Shown here one piece after another: positions 27,753 through 38,361 of a DNA stretch of 64,000 nt. A program made the position numbers and the translations under genes. Under the pieces are notes generated by a model. It worked only from the letters and a program-made list of their open reading frames with translations. It was not told where the DNA came from and made no database searches. The first letter of the stretch is position 1; each line of letters opens with the position of its first letter. The stretch comes from an uncultured Nitrospiraceae bacterium (GTDB lineage Bacteria; Nitrospirota; Thermodesulfovibrionia; Thermodesulfovibrionales; UBA6898): contig CAWEQH010000010.1 in assembly GCA_963811165.1 (NCBI GenBank), positions 704,001 to 768,000 on the forward strand. The letters run 5' to 3'.

Positions 27753-29021
27753 CTATGCCTTTTTGCCTGCGGCCTCTTCGGCCTTTTTCTTGAATTCCTT
27801 GAGTATCGCCTGTTCCTTCTTGTTCTTTGCGATATACCCCGGAGTGGTCTGCCAGAACATCAGCGCGGCCAGCACTATCAGGATCCATCCGAATACGAAC
27901 TTGAACTGGTCGAGCGTTATCATCTCGGTAAGCTTCGGGCCTATGAACCCACCCGCCACCATCGCAAGACCGATGGAGGTCCCGAGCTTCCAGCTGATAA
28001 ATTTGATCTTTGAATAATTGTAGATACCGCTCCCCTGCGAAAACAAAACGGTCGGCATCACGGTCCCTGCGACCACGGTGTGGGGCAGCGGCCAGATCGA
28101 AACCAGAAGCGGGTTCATGATAAATCCGCCCCCTGCGCCCATGAGCACACCGAATATCGCTATCACCAGGGTGAGGAAAAAAGGACCCAACAGATTGACG
28201 CTGGTTCCCGCATTAGAAAGGTACACATTCGGGAAGCTGATATTGTTTTCTATAAAGACCGGCTGACTTCTCACCTTTTTGTCGACCGCCGCCACAATAT
28301 TATACCTGCCGGGAGCGAGCCCCTTCCTGATATTAAGTACCGCCTTATAAGAGCCGTCGGGCTGCGTCCCGACATCCGCACTAAACACATTCTTCGGCGA
28401 CCTGAACCTGGCCTTTACGAGCTGCATCGAACGCTTCTTGTTCTCCTTTTCATCCATCTGGGGGAGGAGTTCCCCGCGCGAGCCGATGATGCTTCCCATC
28501 AGCGTTGCCTGGTATTTGTCTATCATGGTCTTTGCGGGCACTGAATAGACGCCTTCCGCCCCAAGGTCTTTCAGGGCCTTGGAGAAGCTCCACTTGCTGC
28601 CTTCCTTCTTTATCTTCTCAAGGTTTTCCTTCTGGTCCCTGGGAAGAAATATCTTGTAATATGAAGGCATAGTATGGGTCATATAAAGGACATAGGGCCT
28701 TTTGCCCGTGTCCTTGTCGACCTCGGCGTCGAACCTGGATGCCCGGACCTCTTTGTCGGACCAGACTTCAAGATATACAGGCATTCCCGCCGGAGCCCTT
28801 CCCGTGACCGTAATCGTGCCGCCGTTGTCCATGGAGGACTTATCGACCTCGATAGTCACAACGCCCGATGAAGCAAACTGTTTTTCGGCTGCTGCCATGG
28901 TTTCGTTTGCCGCGGCCGGCTTGATGTCCGGGGGTCTCTGCGCAGAACAAAAGACCGGCGACAACATCTTCAATCCGAAGAAAACGGCGATGCTCACCAA
29001 AAAAAGACGTTTCATTTTCAC
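27753..29021 (-). CDS. TauE/SafE (TSUP) half-domain fused to large periplasmic N-terminal domain
   Basis: Signal peptide, ~250-aa soluble region, then GVLMGAGGGFIMNP TM block. Confidence 0.82.
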   Translation of the reverse strand: MKMKRLFLVSIAVFFGLKMLSPVFCSAQRPPDIKPAAANETMAAAEKQFASSGVVTIEVDKSSMDNGGTITVTGRAPAGMPVYLEVWSDKEVRASRFDAEVDKDTGKRPYVLYMTHTMPSYYKIFLPRDQKENLEKIKKEGSKWSFSKALKDLGAEGVYSVPAKTMIDKYQATLMGSIIGSRGELLPQMDEKENKKRSMQLVKARFRSPKNVFSADVGTQPDGSYKAVLNIRKGLAPGRYNIVAAVDKKVRSQPVFIENNISFPNVYLSNAGTSVNLLGPFFLTLVIAIFGVLMGAGGGFIMNPLLVSIWPLPHTVVAGTVMPTVLFSQGSGIYNYSKIKFISWKLGTSIGLAMVAGGFIGPKLTEMITLDQFKFVFGWILIVLAALMFWQTTPGYIAKNKKEQAILKEFKKKAEEAAGKKA

Positions 29022-29033
29022 CTCCGCATTTTT

Positions 29034-29456
29034 TTATCTAACGACAAGAACCGAGCATGGAGCATTGGCAACCACCCTCGAAGACACGCTCCCGATGACG
29101 GCCCTTTCCGTCGCCTGCTTCCCGCTGGAACCTACGACGACCAGATCAAACCCCATGTGGGTTGCATGGTCGCAGATGACATCGGCGGGTTTTCCTTCAA
29201 GGACCATCGTCTCGGCGACAACCCCTTTTTCCGCAAGCAGGGTTTTGACGCCCTCCATCGCGCCTTCGGTTTCCGCCCTGTATAGCCTCGTGACCGTATC
29301 GCAGTCGATCCCGATCTCACTGAAACACAAATTCGGGACAACAGAGATCACGGTCAGCGGGGCGGCGAAATTTCTCGCGAGCTCTGCCGCCTCAAGCAAT
29401 GCCCTGTCGGCATGGTCCGAGCCGTCATGTGCAACAAGGATCTTCTTCATACGCAC
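29034..29456 (-). CDS. Universal stress protein
   Basis: KILVAHDGS, DLVVVGSSG, GSVSSRVV.NAPCSVLVV. Confidence 0.93.
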   Translation of the reverse strand: MRMKKILVAHDGSDHADRALLEAAELARNFAAPLTVISVVPNLCFSEIGIDCDTVTRLYRAETEGAMEGVKTLLAEKGVVAETMVLEGKPADVICDHATHMGFDLVVVGSSGKQATERAVIGSVSSRVVANAPCSVLVVR

Positions 29457-29573
29457 CTCTCTTTCGTGTATATATTAGACGCATTTTGCCGGTAAACACA
29501 ACGGGGGAAATTTTTATTCAGACGATTTTCAACGGTGAAAGTCATTGTCGGGAAGGAGGGCGAGACAGTGGGG

Positions 29574-30764
29574 CTAGGACTTATGGTGACGGCCTTTCCT
29601 CTCATACATGTTCCTGTCGGCCTGTATAAGAAGCTCATCGAGAGAACAGGGATTTGAAGGATCGTACCAGGCTGAGCCGACGCTTGCTGAGAGTCCATAT
29701 TGACGGTTTGTTTTTTCGTTGCATATCTTAAGACCCTTCTGGAAGCGGGCGATAATAGCCCCGATATTTTCTCCGGTGGTTTCAACAGGAAAAACCACAA
29801 ACTCATCGCCGCCTATTCGGGCAACAGCGTCGGAATCACGGAAACTCTTCTTGAGGCAATCGGCCATCAGCGCCAATGCCAGGTCGCCCGCTTTGTGCCC
29901 CAACGTATCGTTAATCCGCTTCAGACCGTCCAGATCGACATAGAGCATAAATACCTTTGTCTTCTGTCTGTTTGCCAATTTTATATGCCTCTCGGCAACC
30001 GTAAAAAATCCGCGCCTGTTAAACAGGCCGGTAAGTTCGTCGGTAATGGACAATGCATGCAGCTTCCCTTCCATCATCTTAAGCTTGCTGATGTCCTTCG
30101 AAACAACCGTTACCGCAACTATCCTTCCTTCGGAGTCTTTCACGGGACTTAACGTCTGCAGATAATACCTGTCGTCCCTGGTGCTCTTATGCTCATGCTG
30201 GACGGAACGGCCTGCGCTGAAAACCAGATCGACGTTTTTCATAAACCATTCGGTTTCATCCGACAAATGAAATTCGCCGTACGAGCGGCCCTGCCATTCC
30301 CCCCCTGAAAACCCCATCGTCGCTATATGGTTTTTGTTCATATAAATGTATTTATAATCCGGGTCAACAAGATATATGGAATCGTCGGTCGACTCTATGA
30401 GGGAACGATATTTCTCCTCGCTTGATCGCAACGCTTCCTCCGTCCTTATACGCTGCGCCACCTCTTTTACAAGGTCCTGCTCGACACGTTTCTGCCCGGC
30501 AAAGGCCCTCCCCGCAAATATGCCGAATCCTATGAAAAATGCCGAGGTAAGCAGACGGAAGACGACTTCTTTTTTGTTGCCTATCAATACTTCGATAAAC
30601 GGCCCGTCGTAAAACATCAACTTTTCCATTGCCGCATGCAATACCCAGAAAGTCAGAGAAGCCGCTACCGAAAGCATGATTATCCAGTAGTTGATTTTCC
30701 TACTATCGTCCATACGAATATCCCGCATACCGTTTATGCCCTTCCCCGGCCATGGTCCCCCCAC
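29574..30764 (-). CDS. Membrane-anchored PAS-GGDEF diguanylate cyclase
   Basis: 2 TM, PAS, DELTGLFNRR, RDSD I-site, GGDEF; start uncertain. Confidence 0.92.
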   Translation of the reverse strand: MGGPWPGKGINGMRDIRMDDSRKINYWIIMLSVAASLTFWVLHAAMEKLMFYDGPFIEVLIGNKKEVVFRLLTSAFFIGFGIFAGRAFAGQKRVEQDLVKEVAQRIRTEEALRSSEEKYRSLIESTDDSIYLVDPDYKYIYMNKNHIATMGFSGGEWQGRSYGEFHLSDETEWFMKNVDLVFSAGRSVQHEHKSTRDDRYYLQTLSPVKDSEGRIVAVTVVSKDISKLKMMEGKLHALSITDELTGLFNRRGFFTVAERHIKLANRQKTKVFMLYVDLDGLKRINDTLGHKAGDLALALMADCLKKSFRDSDAVARIGGDEFVVFPVETTGENIGAIIARFQKGLKICNEKTNRQYGLSASVGSAWYDPSNPCSLDELLIQADRNMYERKGRHHKS

Positions 30765-31027
30765 ATGTAATATACCGCAAAATTATTTCCGGGCAATGAG
30801 AAAAAGGGGTAATGCCCATTCCGTTCGTTCATTTTAGTTCTCCTTACGGGCAGATGGTCGCTACACATATATACACTTTCCAGGCTCACGGATGTGCAGG
30901 CCGAAAAGGAGTTGTTTAAGGTCTTCGGCTTTAATGTGCAATTTCCCCAAGAAATAGTCAATCCTACCCAGATAGGGGTATGCTATCTGTCCCCCCTCTG
31001 CGACATGTGGTCGCCCCGGAAAAAGTA

Positions 31028-31666
31028 CTAGACCCCCCGTTCGTCCGGACCGAAGATATATTTATGGATCTGTAGGTTAAGCCTCACTTGCAGTCTGTCC
31101 CCGACGATCCATCCCGCAAGCTGCGCCGGCGCGATCATCCCCAGTGCCGGCGAAAAAAGGACCTTTGCCCTGCCTTTCAGTCCGTGCCTGGCGATCAGGT
31201 CCCTGGACCATTCATAGTCGGCCCTGTCGCAGATAACGAATTTGACCTCGTCAGAAGGCTTCAAAAGGTCGAAGTTAGAGAAGTCCATGGCGTCGCTCAT
31301 GCGGCTTCCCGGGGTCTTCACGTCAAGGATGATCACCGCCCTTTTATCTATGCCTTGTATGCTGCACGAACCGTTCGTCTCGATCAAGACTTCATACCCC
31401 TCCTCAAGCAGGTCTCTGGTAAGCAACCGTGATTCCTCCTTCTGCAAAAGGGGCTCCCCCCCGGTGATCTCAACCAGGGCAACCCCTGCCAGTCCGACAC
31501 GGCTGATAATGTCGCCGGGGGTCATCTCGATGCCGTCGCCGTAGGAGTATTTAGTATCGCAGTAAAGGCATCTGAGGTTGCACCCGGCAAGCCTTACGAA
31601 CGTGCATGGCAGGCCGGCATATGTCGATTCCCCCTGTATGCTTGTAAATATCTCGCAGACCTTCAA
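31028..31666 (-). CDS. queE: 7-carboxy-7-deazaguanine synthase (radical SAM)
   Basis: SIQGE, CNLRCLYCDT, TGGEP, ETNG, LQIHK. Confidence 0.9.
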   Translation of the reverse strand: MKVCEIFTSIQGESTYAGLPCTFVRLAGCNLRCLYCDTKYSYGDGIEMTPGDIISRVGLAGVALVEITGGEPLLQKEESRLLTRDLLEEGYEVLIETNGSCSIQGIDKRAVIILDVKTPGSRMSDAMDFSNFDLLKPSDEVKFVICDRADYEWSRDLIARHGLKGRAKVLFSPALGMIAPAQLAGWIVGDRLQVRLNLQIHKYIFGPDERGV

Positions 31667-31796
31667 GGATTCTCAGCAGTCTTCTTCCGGACTTCAGACA
31701 CAGGCTTTGATTTCCCGCAAGGCACGGAATACCTTCATAAAATTAGAATAAAACAGGGGGAGAGAAACTTTCAACCTTTCCTTATGGGAAAGCGCA

Positions 31797-32963
31797 TCAG
31801 GACCATTCCAATGCAAGCCCTTTAACGCTCTCCATGACCTGCTTTCTGATCACCGCCGGAGGATCGGACTCCATGACAACCCTGCCGTCGTCCAGGAGCG
31901 GGACAAGTATGTCTTCAAAGTTTTTCCCGCATGAGCAGGCGCGCGCGGCCCCACTGAGGGGCTCGATTTTCCTCGCCCCACAGCCAAGACATTTAAGCAC
32001 CCTCTTGCTTCCCGACCACTTTCCCCGCTTCGCCAAAGGGGTCCCTTCAACCTCCACGATGTCCATGGCAAAGTCGATGACCGGTGCATTGCTGATTGCC
32101 GTACCGATCCCATACCCGTCGACAACAGGGTTAAGGACGGGAAGTTCGTGCTCCTTTATGCCGCCGCTGACATAAAATTTCACGTGTCCAAACCCCCTCA
32201 TATCGAGCTCCCACCTTGCCTCCTGGAGGATACGGAAGAAGTCCCCGCGGCGCGACGCAGGCGTGTCGAACCTGACCGCATAAAGTCTGTCTCCCAACGC
32301 TTCGGCAACGTTCATGCATTCGAACTTCTCATCGAGGAACGTGTCTATTAACGCGACCCGTTTTACCTCCGGGCCGAGGACCTCGTCATACGCCTTTATT
32401 GCATCGACGGTAGATCCGAAACAGATAATAAGGGCATGAGGCATTGTGCCCATCGGGTCCTCGCCTATGATCTCGCCCGACTTAAGCACCGATACGCCGT
32501 CGCACCCTCCGATAAAGGCGTTCCTTTCGATCATCGGCGCAAGCACGGGATGCATCCTCCTGGCGCCGAAACTGATGACCGGCCTCTCCCCTGCGAGCTT
32601 CTTGAATCTCGACGCCCTGGTGGCGATGCCCGACGCCTGACAGAGAAGCCCCAGGAGCGCCGTTTCATAGACGCAGAAGTCCTGATACATCCCTTCGATC
32701 TCCATTATGGGTTCAAAGGGATAGAAGACCGACCCTTCTTTCATCGACCTGACTTTCACAGGGAGATCTTTCATGAGGTACGCCGCCTCCTCAACGCCTG
32801 CAAGCACCGCCCAGGGCCAATGTTCGGGCAAGTTCTTGGCGATAAACTCGGCCTTCACCCTTTTGTTTATCTTCTTGGCCTTCAGTATCTTTAGGGTCCG
32901 GTCAAAATACACATCGGTGACCCTGCCCTCAAGGATCTCCTTCGACTCAGCAGTATGAAACAT
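31797..32963 (-). CDS. pncB: Nicotinate phosphoribosyltransferase
   Basis: TDVYF, YETALLG, SFGARRMHP, GTMPH, RFDTP, YGIGT. Confidence 0.88.
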   Translation of the reverse strand: MFHTAESKEILEGRVTDVYFDRTLKILKAKKINKRVKAEFIAKNLPEHWPWAVLAGVEEAAYLMKDLPVKVRSMKEGSVFYPFEPIMEIEGMYQDFCVYETALLGLLCQASGIATRASRFKKLAGERPVISFGARRMHPVLAPMIERNAFIGGCDGVSVLKSGEIIGEDPMGTMPHALIICFGSTVDAIKAYDEVLGPEVKRVALIDTFLDEKFECMNVAEALGDRLYAVRFDTPASRRGDFFRILQEARWELDMRGFGHVKFYVSGGIKEHELPVLNPVVDGYGIGTAISNAPVIDFAMDIVEVEGTPLAKRGKWSGSKRVLKCLGCGARKIEPLSGAARACSCGKNFEDILVPLLDDGRVVMESDPPAVIRKQVMESVKGLALEWS

Positions 32964-33067
32964 CTTTCCTCCCGTGCGTCGGGCCTCGCGGCCTTTTATT
33001 TACATTATATATCTGTTCTTGCCTTTCGTCGCAGGGATATGGAAAATAGCTTGTGAAAGAAAATTTA

Positions 33068-33352
33068 ATGAAAAAGATGGTACTGGGCATAGGCTTTTAC
33101 CGGAGGGAGCAGTGGCCCCTTCTCATCGAGACGGCCGTCGATTCTCATCTGCTTGAGAAAACGTATGACGATTGGATGGCGGTCCTCGATTCCTCGATCG
33201 AAAAAATCCGTGCGACCGGGCTCGAACCCGAACTCGTCGACATAGACGTAGAGGAACTTCTCGCCTTCTGCAAAGAAGAGGGTCTTCCGAACAATGCCGC
33301 ATGCAGGGCCAGATTCATCGCAAAGCTCTCCTCGGAACGCAATAAAGAGTGA
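33068..33352 (+). CDS. Hypothetical protein
   Basis: GFYRREQW...TYDDW...VDIDVEELLAFC, plausible small protein. Confidence 0.65.
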   Translation: MKKMVLGIGFYRREQWPLLIETAVDSHLLEKTYDDWMAVLDSSIEKIRATGLEPELVDIDVEELLAFCKEEGLPNNAACRARFIAKLSSERNKE

Positions 33353-33401
33353 AGCTTTTTTCCCCTCTGGACATTCATGAAAAAACCGCTATTCTTAAAG
33401 T

Positions 33402-33950
33402 ATGGAGTTGAGGACACTGAGAGTCATTCTTATACTGGTCATTGTGACGGCGTCTCTCTCTCTTTATTCATTCATGGCCGAAGGAAAGGAGGCAAAGATG
33501 GTCGATGCGTTCAGACTTACAAGCAGCGTTTTTGAAAATAACGGAAGCATACCGGCAAAATTCACATGCGACGGAATGGATATAAACCCGCCCCTTGCGA
33601 TTCAGGGCGTTCCCGACAGCGCAAAATCCCTTGCGCTAATCGTCGATGACCCTGACGCCCCGAGGGGGATGTGGGTACACTGGGTGGTATGGAATATCGA
33701 CCCCAAGACCACGGAGATCAGGGAGGATTCTGTGCCGAAGGGAGCGGCGCAGGGAATGAACGACTTCAGAAAACATGATTATGGCGGCCCCTGTCCTCCG
33801 TCAGGCACTCACAGATATTTTTTCAAGCTCTATGCCCTTGATGCTCAGCTCGCTATCGGAGCAAACTCAGAGAAGGCGGCCCTCGAAAAAGCGATGCAGG
33901 GACATATCATTTCACAGGCCCAGATCATGGGCACATACAAAAGGAAATAA
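33402..33950 (+). CDS. YbhB/YbcL (PEBP) family protein
   Basis: DDPDAP, WVHW, YGGPCPPSGTHRY. Confidence 0.93.
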   Translation: MELRTLRVILILVIVTASLSLYSFMAEGKEAKMVDAFRLTSSVFENNGSIPAKFTCDGMDINPPLAIQGVPDSAKSLALIVDDPDAPRGMWVHWVVWNIDPKTTEIREDSVPKGAAQGMNDFRKHDYGGPCPPSGTHRYFFKLYALDAQLAIGANSEKAALEKAMQGHIISQAQIMGTYKRK

Positions 33951-34307
33951 CCGGCTTTATTGTCGCTATGTCATCGAGGTTAGAGATCAATCTCTAACGG
34001 GATTTTCACATAGTTGCCGCTAGTTGACCTGCCGGACAATGCCTGAAAGGATCAGCGGGGGTCATTTCACCCCAAAAAAAGGGTTATTTTAGTCACGGGG
34101 TTGAGGGGTAATAAATCGCAGTCATGCGCTACGAACCATAGGGGGAATGCGAACTCCGGGATGTAACTTTATTTTCTGCGAAGCCGCACCGTCCCCCATT
34201 ATTATGCGAGGAAAAAGAGGCGTTTCCTCATATCGGCTGCTGCTGGAGCCTTGACCGGCACAGGGCCCAACAAATGCAGACTGTCCGGACAGTCGTCTAC
34301 AAACGCA

Positions 34308-34427
34308 TCAACGCAGATAAGCTTCAACTGCAAGCATTAAGATGATCATAACGGACAGAGAGCCGACTATCAGGGACAAAATCGCTGCCAGGCTTCTCTG
34401 CTGCACGTTTCCCATGTTTGACATCAT
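34308..34427 (-). CDS. 39-aa single-TM small protein (not in ORF track)
   Basis: AGGAGGTGA RBS; MMSNMGNVQQRSLAAILSLIVGSLSVMIILMLAVEAYLR*. Confidence 0.6.
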   Translation of the reverse strand: MMSNMGNVQQRSLAAILSLIVGSLSVMIILMLAVEAYLR

Positions 34428-34511
34428 ATCCGTTCACCTCCTATCCGCCCTTGAAAGGCTCGGGGTAACATTACCTTCCATCCGTCTATGGAGTCATTAA
34501 TATTATCTAAA

Positions 34512-34527
34512 AGCAAGACATATGCCA
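34512..34527 (-). promoter_or_regulatory. Sigma-54 -24/-12 promoter
   Basis: Minus strand TGGCAT-ATGTC-TTGCT with exact GG-N10-GC spacing. Confidence 0.7.
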
Positions 34528-34827
34528 TTTCGGACAGGCGTGCCTATCGCATAGTATTTCTTGTTACGCATGAGATAGTTACAGGGGGGTTGTCTCATAT
34601 GACATACAGAGGGACAGACAACTAGTGCGTTAAATGACCCCAAGTCGGTGAATTCGCCAAACAGACGGGTGTCCGGGTCGGTCTTTTTGCCATGTCAATC
34701 CGCGCCCTTTCGTCCGGACGTCCATGGTGACGTTCTCCCCTTATCTTGACGCCAATCATCTGATATACTTTTTATGACCGGTGTATAAAGACACAGGTCG
34801 AAAAACAAACAGGAAGGAGGAGCGACG

Positions 34828-35391
34828 ATGAAGATCCGCGATTATTGCAGAGTGGTTGCACTGGTCCTAGGTTTTACGTTTGCGTTCTCTCTGCTTGCCG
34901 CCGTGTCGTATGCGAAGACGAAAGGAGAGATCAACGCCAGCGTCAGAGCAGGGATGAACCGTTTCAAGAAGGAAATCAAGGGGGGCACCGACTATCTCAA
35001 GGGCGCCAAGGGAGTGCTCGTCATGCCGGGCATCACCAAGGCCGGGTTCGTGGTCGGAGGGACATACGGCCAGGGCGCGCTGCTGGTCGGCGGCAAAACC
35101 GTTGACTACTACAGCCTTGCTGAGGGTTCGGTGGGATGGCAGATCGGTGCCGAGAAATACGACATGGTCATCCTGTTTATGACCGATGAGGTACTCAAGA
35201 AGTTCCGAAGGGGTGAGAACTGGGAGGCGGGCGTCGATGCGGAGATCACCCTTATTACCACAGGGGCAGAAGTCTCTGTTGAGACGCTGCGGAGCCAGCA
35301 CCCGATCGCCGGGTTCATTTTCAGTCAGAAGGGCTTGATGGGCGGGGTCTCCATCAAGGGTGCGAAATTCACCAAGATACATCCCGATTAA
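34828..35391 (+). CDS. Ysc84/SYLF lipid-binding domain protein
   Basis: AKGVLVMP..KAGFVVGG.YG.G, SVGWQIG, KGLMGGVSI. Confidence 0.88.
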   Translation: MKIRDYCRVVALVLGFTFAFSLLAAVSYAKTKGEINASVRAGMNRFKKEIKGGTDYLKGAKGVLVMPGITKAGFVVGGTYGQGALLVGGKTVDYYSLAEGSVGWQIGAEKYDMVILFMTDEVLKKFRRGENWEAGVDAEITLITTGAEVSVETLRSQHPIAGFIFSQKGLMGGVSIKGAKFTKIHPD

Positions 35392-35489
35392 GGACTGATC
35401 TGGCTGTGGGGGCATACCGCCTATAGCAGGGAATGGTCGGAAGTTCCTTGTCTTCCGAGAGTGTCGAGCAGAAGGAGAAAGAAAGAGGT

Positions 35490-37706
35490 TCAGACTTCGG
35501 CTTCAGAGTCCTTGCGCCCGGGTTTAAAATAAAGTACTGCAAGCGGAGGGACTGTGATCTTTACGGAATAGGGTTTCCCGTGCCACGGCACGTTTTCGGA
35601 AGTGACACCGCCGAGGTTCCCCATGTTGCTTCCCCAGTATTCCTGGGAATCGCTGTTCAGTATTTCTTCGTAGAAACACCTCTCCGGGACGCCTATCCTA
35701 TATCCCTGTCTCGGCATCGGGGTGAAATTACAGACGACGACGATATGGTCGTCAGGCTCCTTCGCGCGCCTTATGAAGGCAATGATGCTGTTGTCGGCGT
35801 CCCTGAAATCTATCCACTCAAAACCATTGGCCTCAAAATCGACCTCGTGCAAAGAGGCCTCCGCCACATAGGCGGAATTGAGATCGCGGACGAACTTCTG
35901 TAACTTTCTGTGCTGCTCCTTCTCGAGGACCTGCCAGTCGAGCCCCTGATCGAATTTCCATTCGTCCCACTGCCCGAATTCGTCCCCCATAAAAAGGAGC
36001 TTTTTGCCCGGATGGGCGTACATGAAACCATAGAAGAGCCTCAGATTTGCGAACTTTCTCCAGAGGTCGCCGGGCATCTTGCTAAGCATCGAACTCTTGC
36101 CGTGAACAACCTCGTCATGGGAAAGTACCAGGACAAAATTTTCGGTGAAGGCGTAGATGAGGCCGAAGGTCAGGTTGTTGTGGTGGTATCTGCGGTGTAT
36201 CGGGTCCTTAGAGATATAGACAAGCATGTCGTTCATCCATCCCATGTTCCATTTCATGTCGAAGCCGAGACCGCCCAGATAGACCGGCCTTGAGACGCCC
36301 GGCCAGGCGGTCGATTCCTCAGCGATGGTCAGTATACCGGGGAAAAGCTCGTGCGTGATCTCGTTGAACTTCTTTATGAACTCAATCGCCTCGAGGTTTT
36401 CGTTGCCGCCGTAAATGTTCGGTATCCACTCGCCCGGCCTCCTCGAATAATCGAGGTAGATCATTGAGGCGACGGCATCGACCCTCAACCCGTCTATATG
36501 GTACTTCTCGAGCCAGAAGAGCGCGTTCGATATCAAAAAATTCATTACTTCCTTGCGGCCGTAATTGAAAACCAGCGTGCCCCAGTCTTTGTGTTCGCCC
36601 TTGCGCGTGTCCATATGCTCGTACAGGCATGTCCCGTCGAAAAACCCGAGGCCGTGTCCGTCCTTCGGGAAATGCGCCGGCACCCAGTCAAGGATGACGC
36701 CGATGTCGTTGCGGTGACACATGTCGACAAAGAACATAAAATCCTCAGGGGTGCCGAACCTGCTTGTAGGCGCAAAATACCCTACTGTCTGGTAGCCCCA
36801 CGAGGCGTCAAGCGGATGCTCGGACACCGGAAGAAGTTCGATATGCGTAAAACCCATAAATTTGATGTACGGTATCAGCAGGCCGGCGAGCTCCCTGTAG
36901 GTGAGGAACCTGTTCTCCTCTTCCTTACCCCTCATCCAGGAGCCCAGGTGCACCTCGTACACCGACATGGGGGCTTCGAACCAGTTCATGCGTTCGCGTT
37001 TTTTCATCCATTTTTTATCGGACCAGGAATACCTGTTTATCTCATGGACGATAGAGGCGCTCTTCGGTCTCATCTCGAAACAGAAACCGTAGGGATCGGC
37101 CTTCACCGCGCGATAGTTATGGTAACGGGATTTGATATCGAATTTGTAAAGTTCCCCTTCGCCCAGGCCGGGAATAAATATCTCCCATATCCCCGATCCG
37201 ACAAGCAACCGCATAGGGTGACGGCGGCCGTCCCAGGCGTTAAAGTCGCCTATAACGCTTGCACTTTTCGCGTTCGGCGCCCAGACCGCAAAGTGCACAC
37301 CCTTCATCCCGTCCAGCTCGATTACATGGGCCCCGAGTTTCTCGTAATTCTTATAATGACTGCCCTCGCCTATCAGATGCAGGTCATAATCAGTGAGGAC
37401 TTGCCCAAAGGAATAAGGGTCTACGATTTCGGATATCTCTCCTTCAGCGGTCTTAATCCCGATACGGTAAGGAAATATCTCCCCCGGCAGACGGACGGCA
37501 TAGAAGCCCTTCTTATGGACCTTTTCCATCGCATGCATCTTTTGCGTCGCTTCATCAACGATCCAGGCCTCCTCCGCCTCGGGAAGAAAGGCCCTTGCCT
37601 CAATCCCCTTTTCATCGCCCTCGCCTAACACATGCATGCCGAGCACGGAAAAGGGATCTCCGTGCAGACCGTCGACGATGAGTTTGATGTCTTCCTTAAG
37701 CCCCAT
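35490..37706 (-). CDS. glgB: 1,4-alpha-glucan branching enzyme
   Basis: [48 protein letters not shown]. Confidence 0.96.
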   Translation of the reverse strand: MGLKEDIKLIVDGLHGDPFSVLGMHVLGEGDEKGIEARAFLPEAEEAWIVDEATQKMHAMEKVHKKGFYAVRLPGEIFPYRIGIKTAEGEISEIVDPYSFGQVLTDYDLHLIGEGSHYKNYEKLGAHVIELDGMKGVHFAVWAPNAKSASVIGDFNAWDGRRHPMRLLVGSGIWEIFIPGLGEGELYKFDIKSRYHNYRAVKADPYGFCFEMRPKSASIVHEINRYSWSDKKWMKKRERMNWFEAPMSVYEVHLGSWMRGKEEENRFLTYRELAGLLIPYIKFMGFTHIELLPVSEHPLDASWGYQTVGYFAPTSRFGTPEDFMFFVDMCHRNDIGVILDWVPAHFPKDGHGLGFFDGTCLYEHMDTRKGEHKDWGTLVFNYGRKEVMNFLISNALFWLEKYHIDGLRVDAVASMIYLDYSRRPGEWIPNIYGGNENLEAIEFIKKFNEITHELFPGILTIAEESTAWPGVSRPVYLGGLGFDMKWNMGWMNDMLVYISKDPIHRRYHHNNLTFGLIYAFTENFVLVLSHDEVVHGKSSMLSKMPGDLWRKFANLRLFYGFMYAHPGKKLLFMGDEFGQWDEWKFDQGLDWQVLEKEQHRKLQKFVRDLNSAYVAEASLHEVDFEANGFEWIDFRDADNSIIAFIRRAKEPDDHIVVVCNFTPMPRQGYRIGVPERCFYEEILNSDSQEYWGSNMGNLGGVTSENVPWHGKPYSVKITVPPLAVLYFKPGRKDSEAEV

Positions 37707-38361
37707 TCCCTTCCTTTCTGCTCTGTACGCTGCTGAACCCCACCAGATCCTAAGTCCGGCGCGAATGCCAATTTCGCCAAGCCTGCACAAAAGATATTAA
37801 CACATCGACTATATCTGATGCATGTGCAGATTCTTACTGAAATTTGACCAATGTGCCGGCTCAGATGATTCCGAACGCTGATTCCGATCCGTTTTGGACA
37901 TCTTTAGAGAATTAGTGACCGATTCATTCAGTTCAGAAAAGAAGTAGCCGCAAGTCGCCATGGCTGACGCGGTTACTCAGTTCTTCACATTTTTCTTCAG
38001 CACGTCGCTTCGGGAAATAATAAATGGTCGGTTCATTTTCAGATAAATGCGTCGCTGTTTTGGAAAAGTCCGATCCCGGAGACTTTAGCAGGAGGAGGAC
38101 ATTACGGTTTTTATTTCAGAGAGAAACTGATGCCTTCTCCGCCGAGATTGGCATGATTGGCGATGATAAAACAAAACAGCCGGCAGGTTGTTTTATGGAT
38201 AGGCAGGCAATTATACACAACGTTGAACTGGCTAAGCGCGGAGCCCTCCTCGATAACGGGGTAACTGTCGCCGGCCTTGGAAGGTATCAAGGAATGTGAG
38301 TGGAATCACGGAACTGAATGCCAAAGTGAGGCTATATATAAATAGAGGTATACATTTCGCC

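Noticed and set aside
37941..37978. Hairpin AGTAGCCGC...GCGGTTACT as a riboswitch or ncRNA
   Set aside because: Single stem-loop with no family motif I can recognise; insufficient support.
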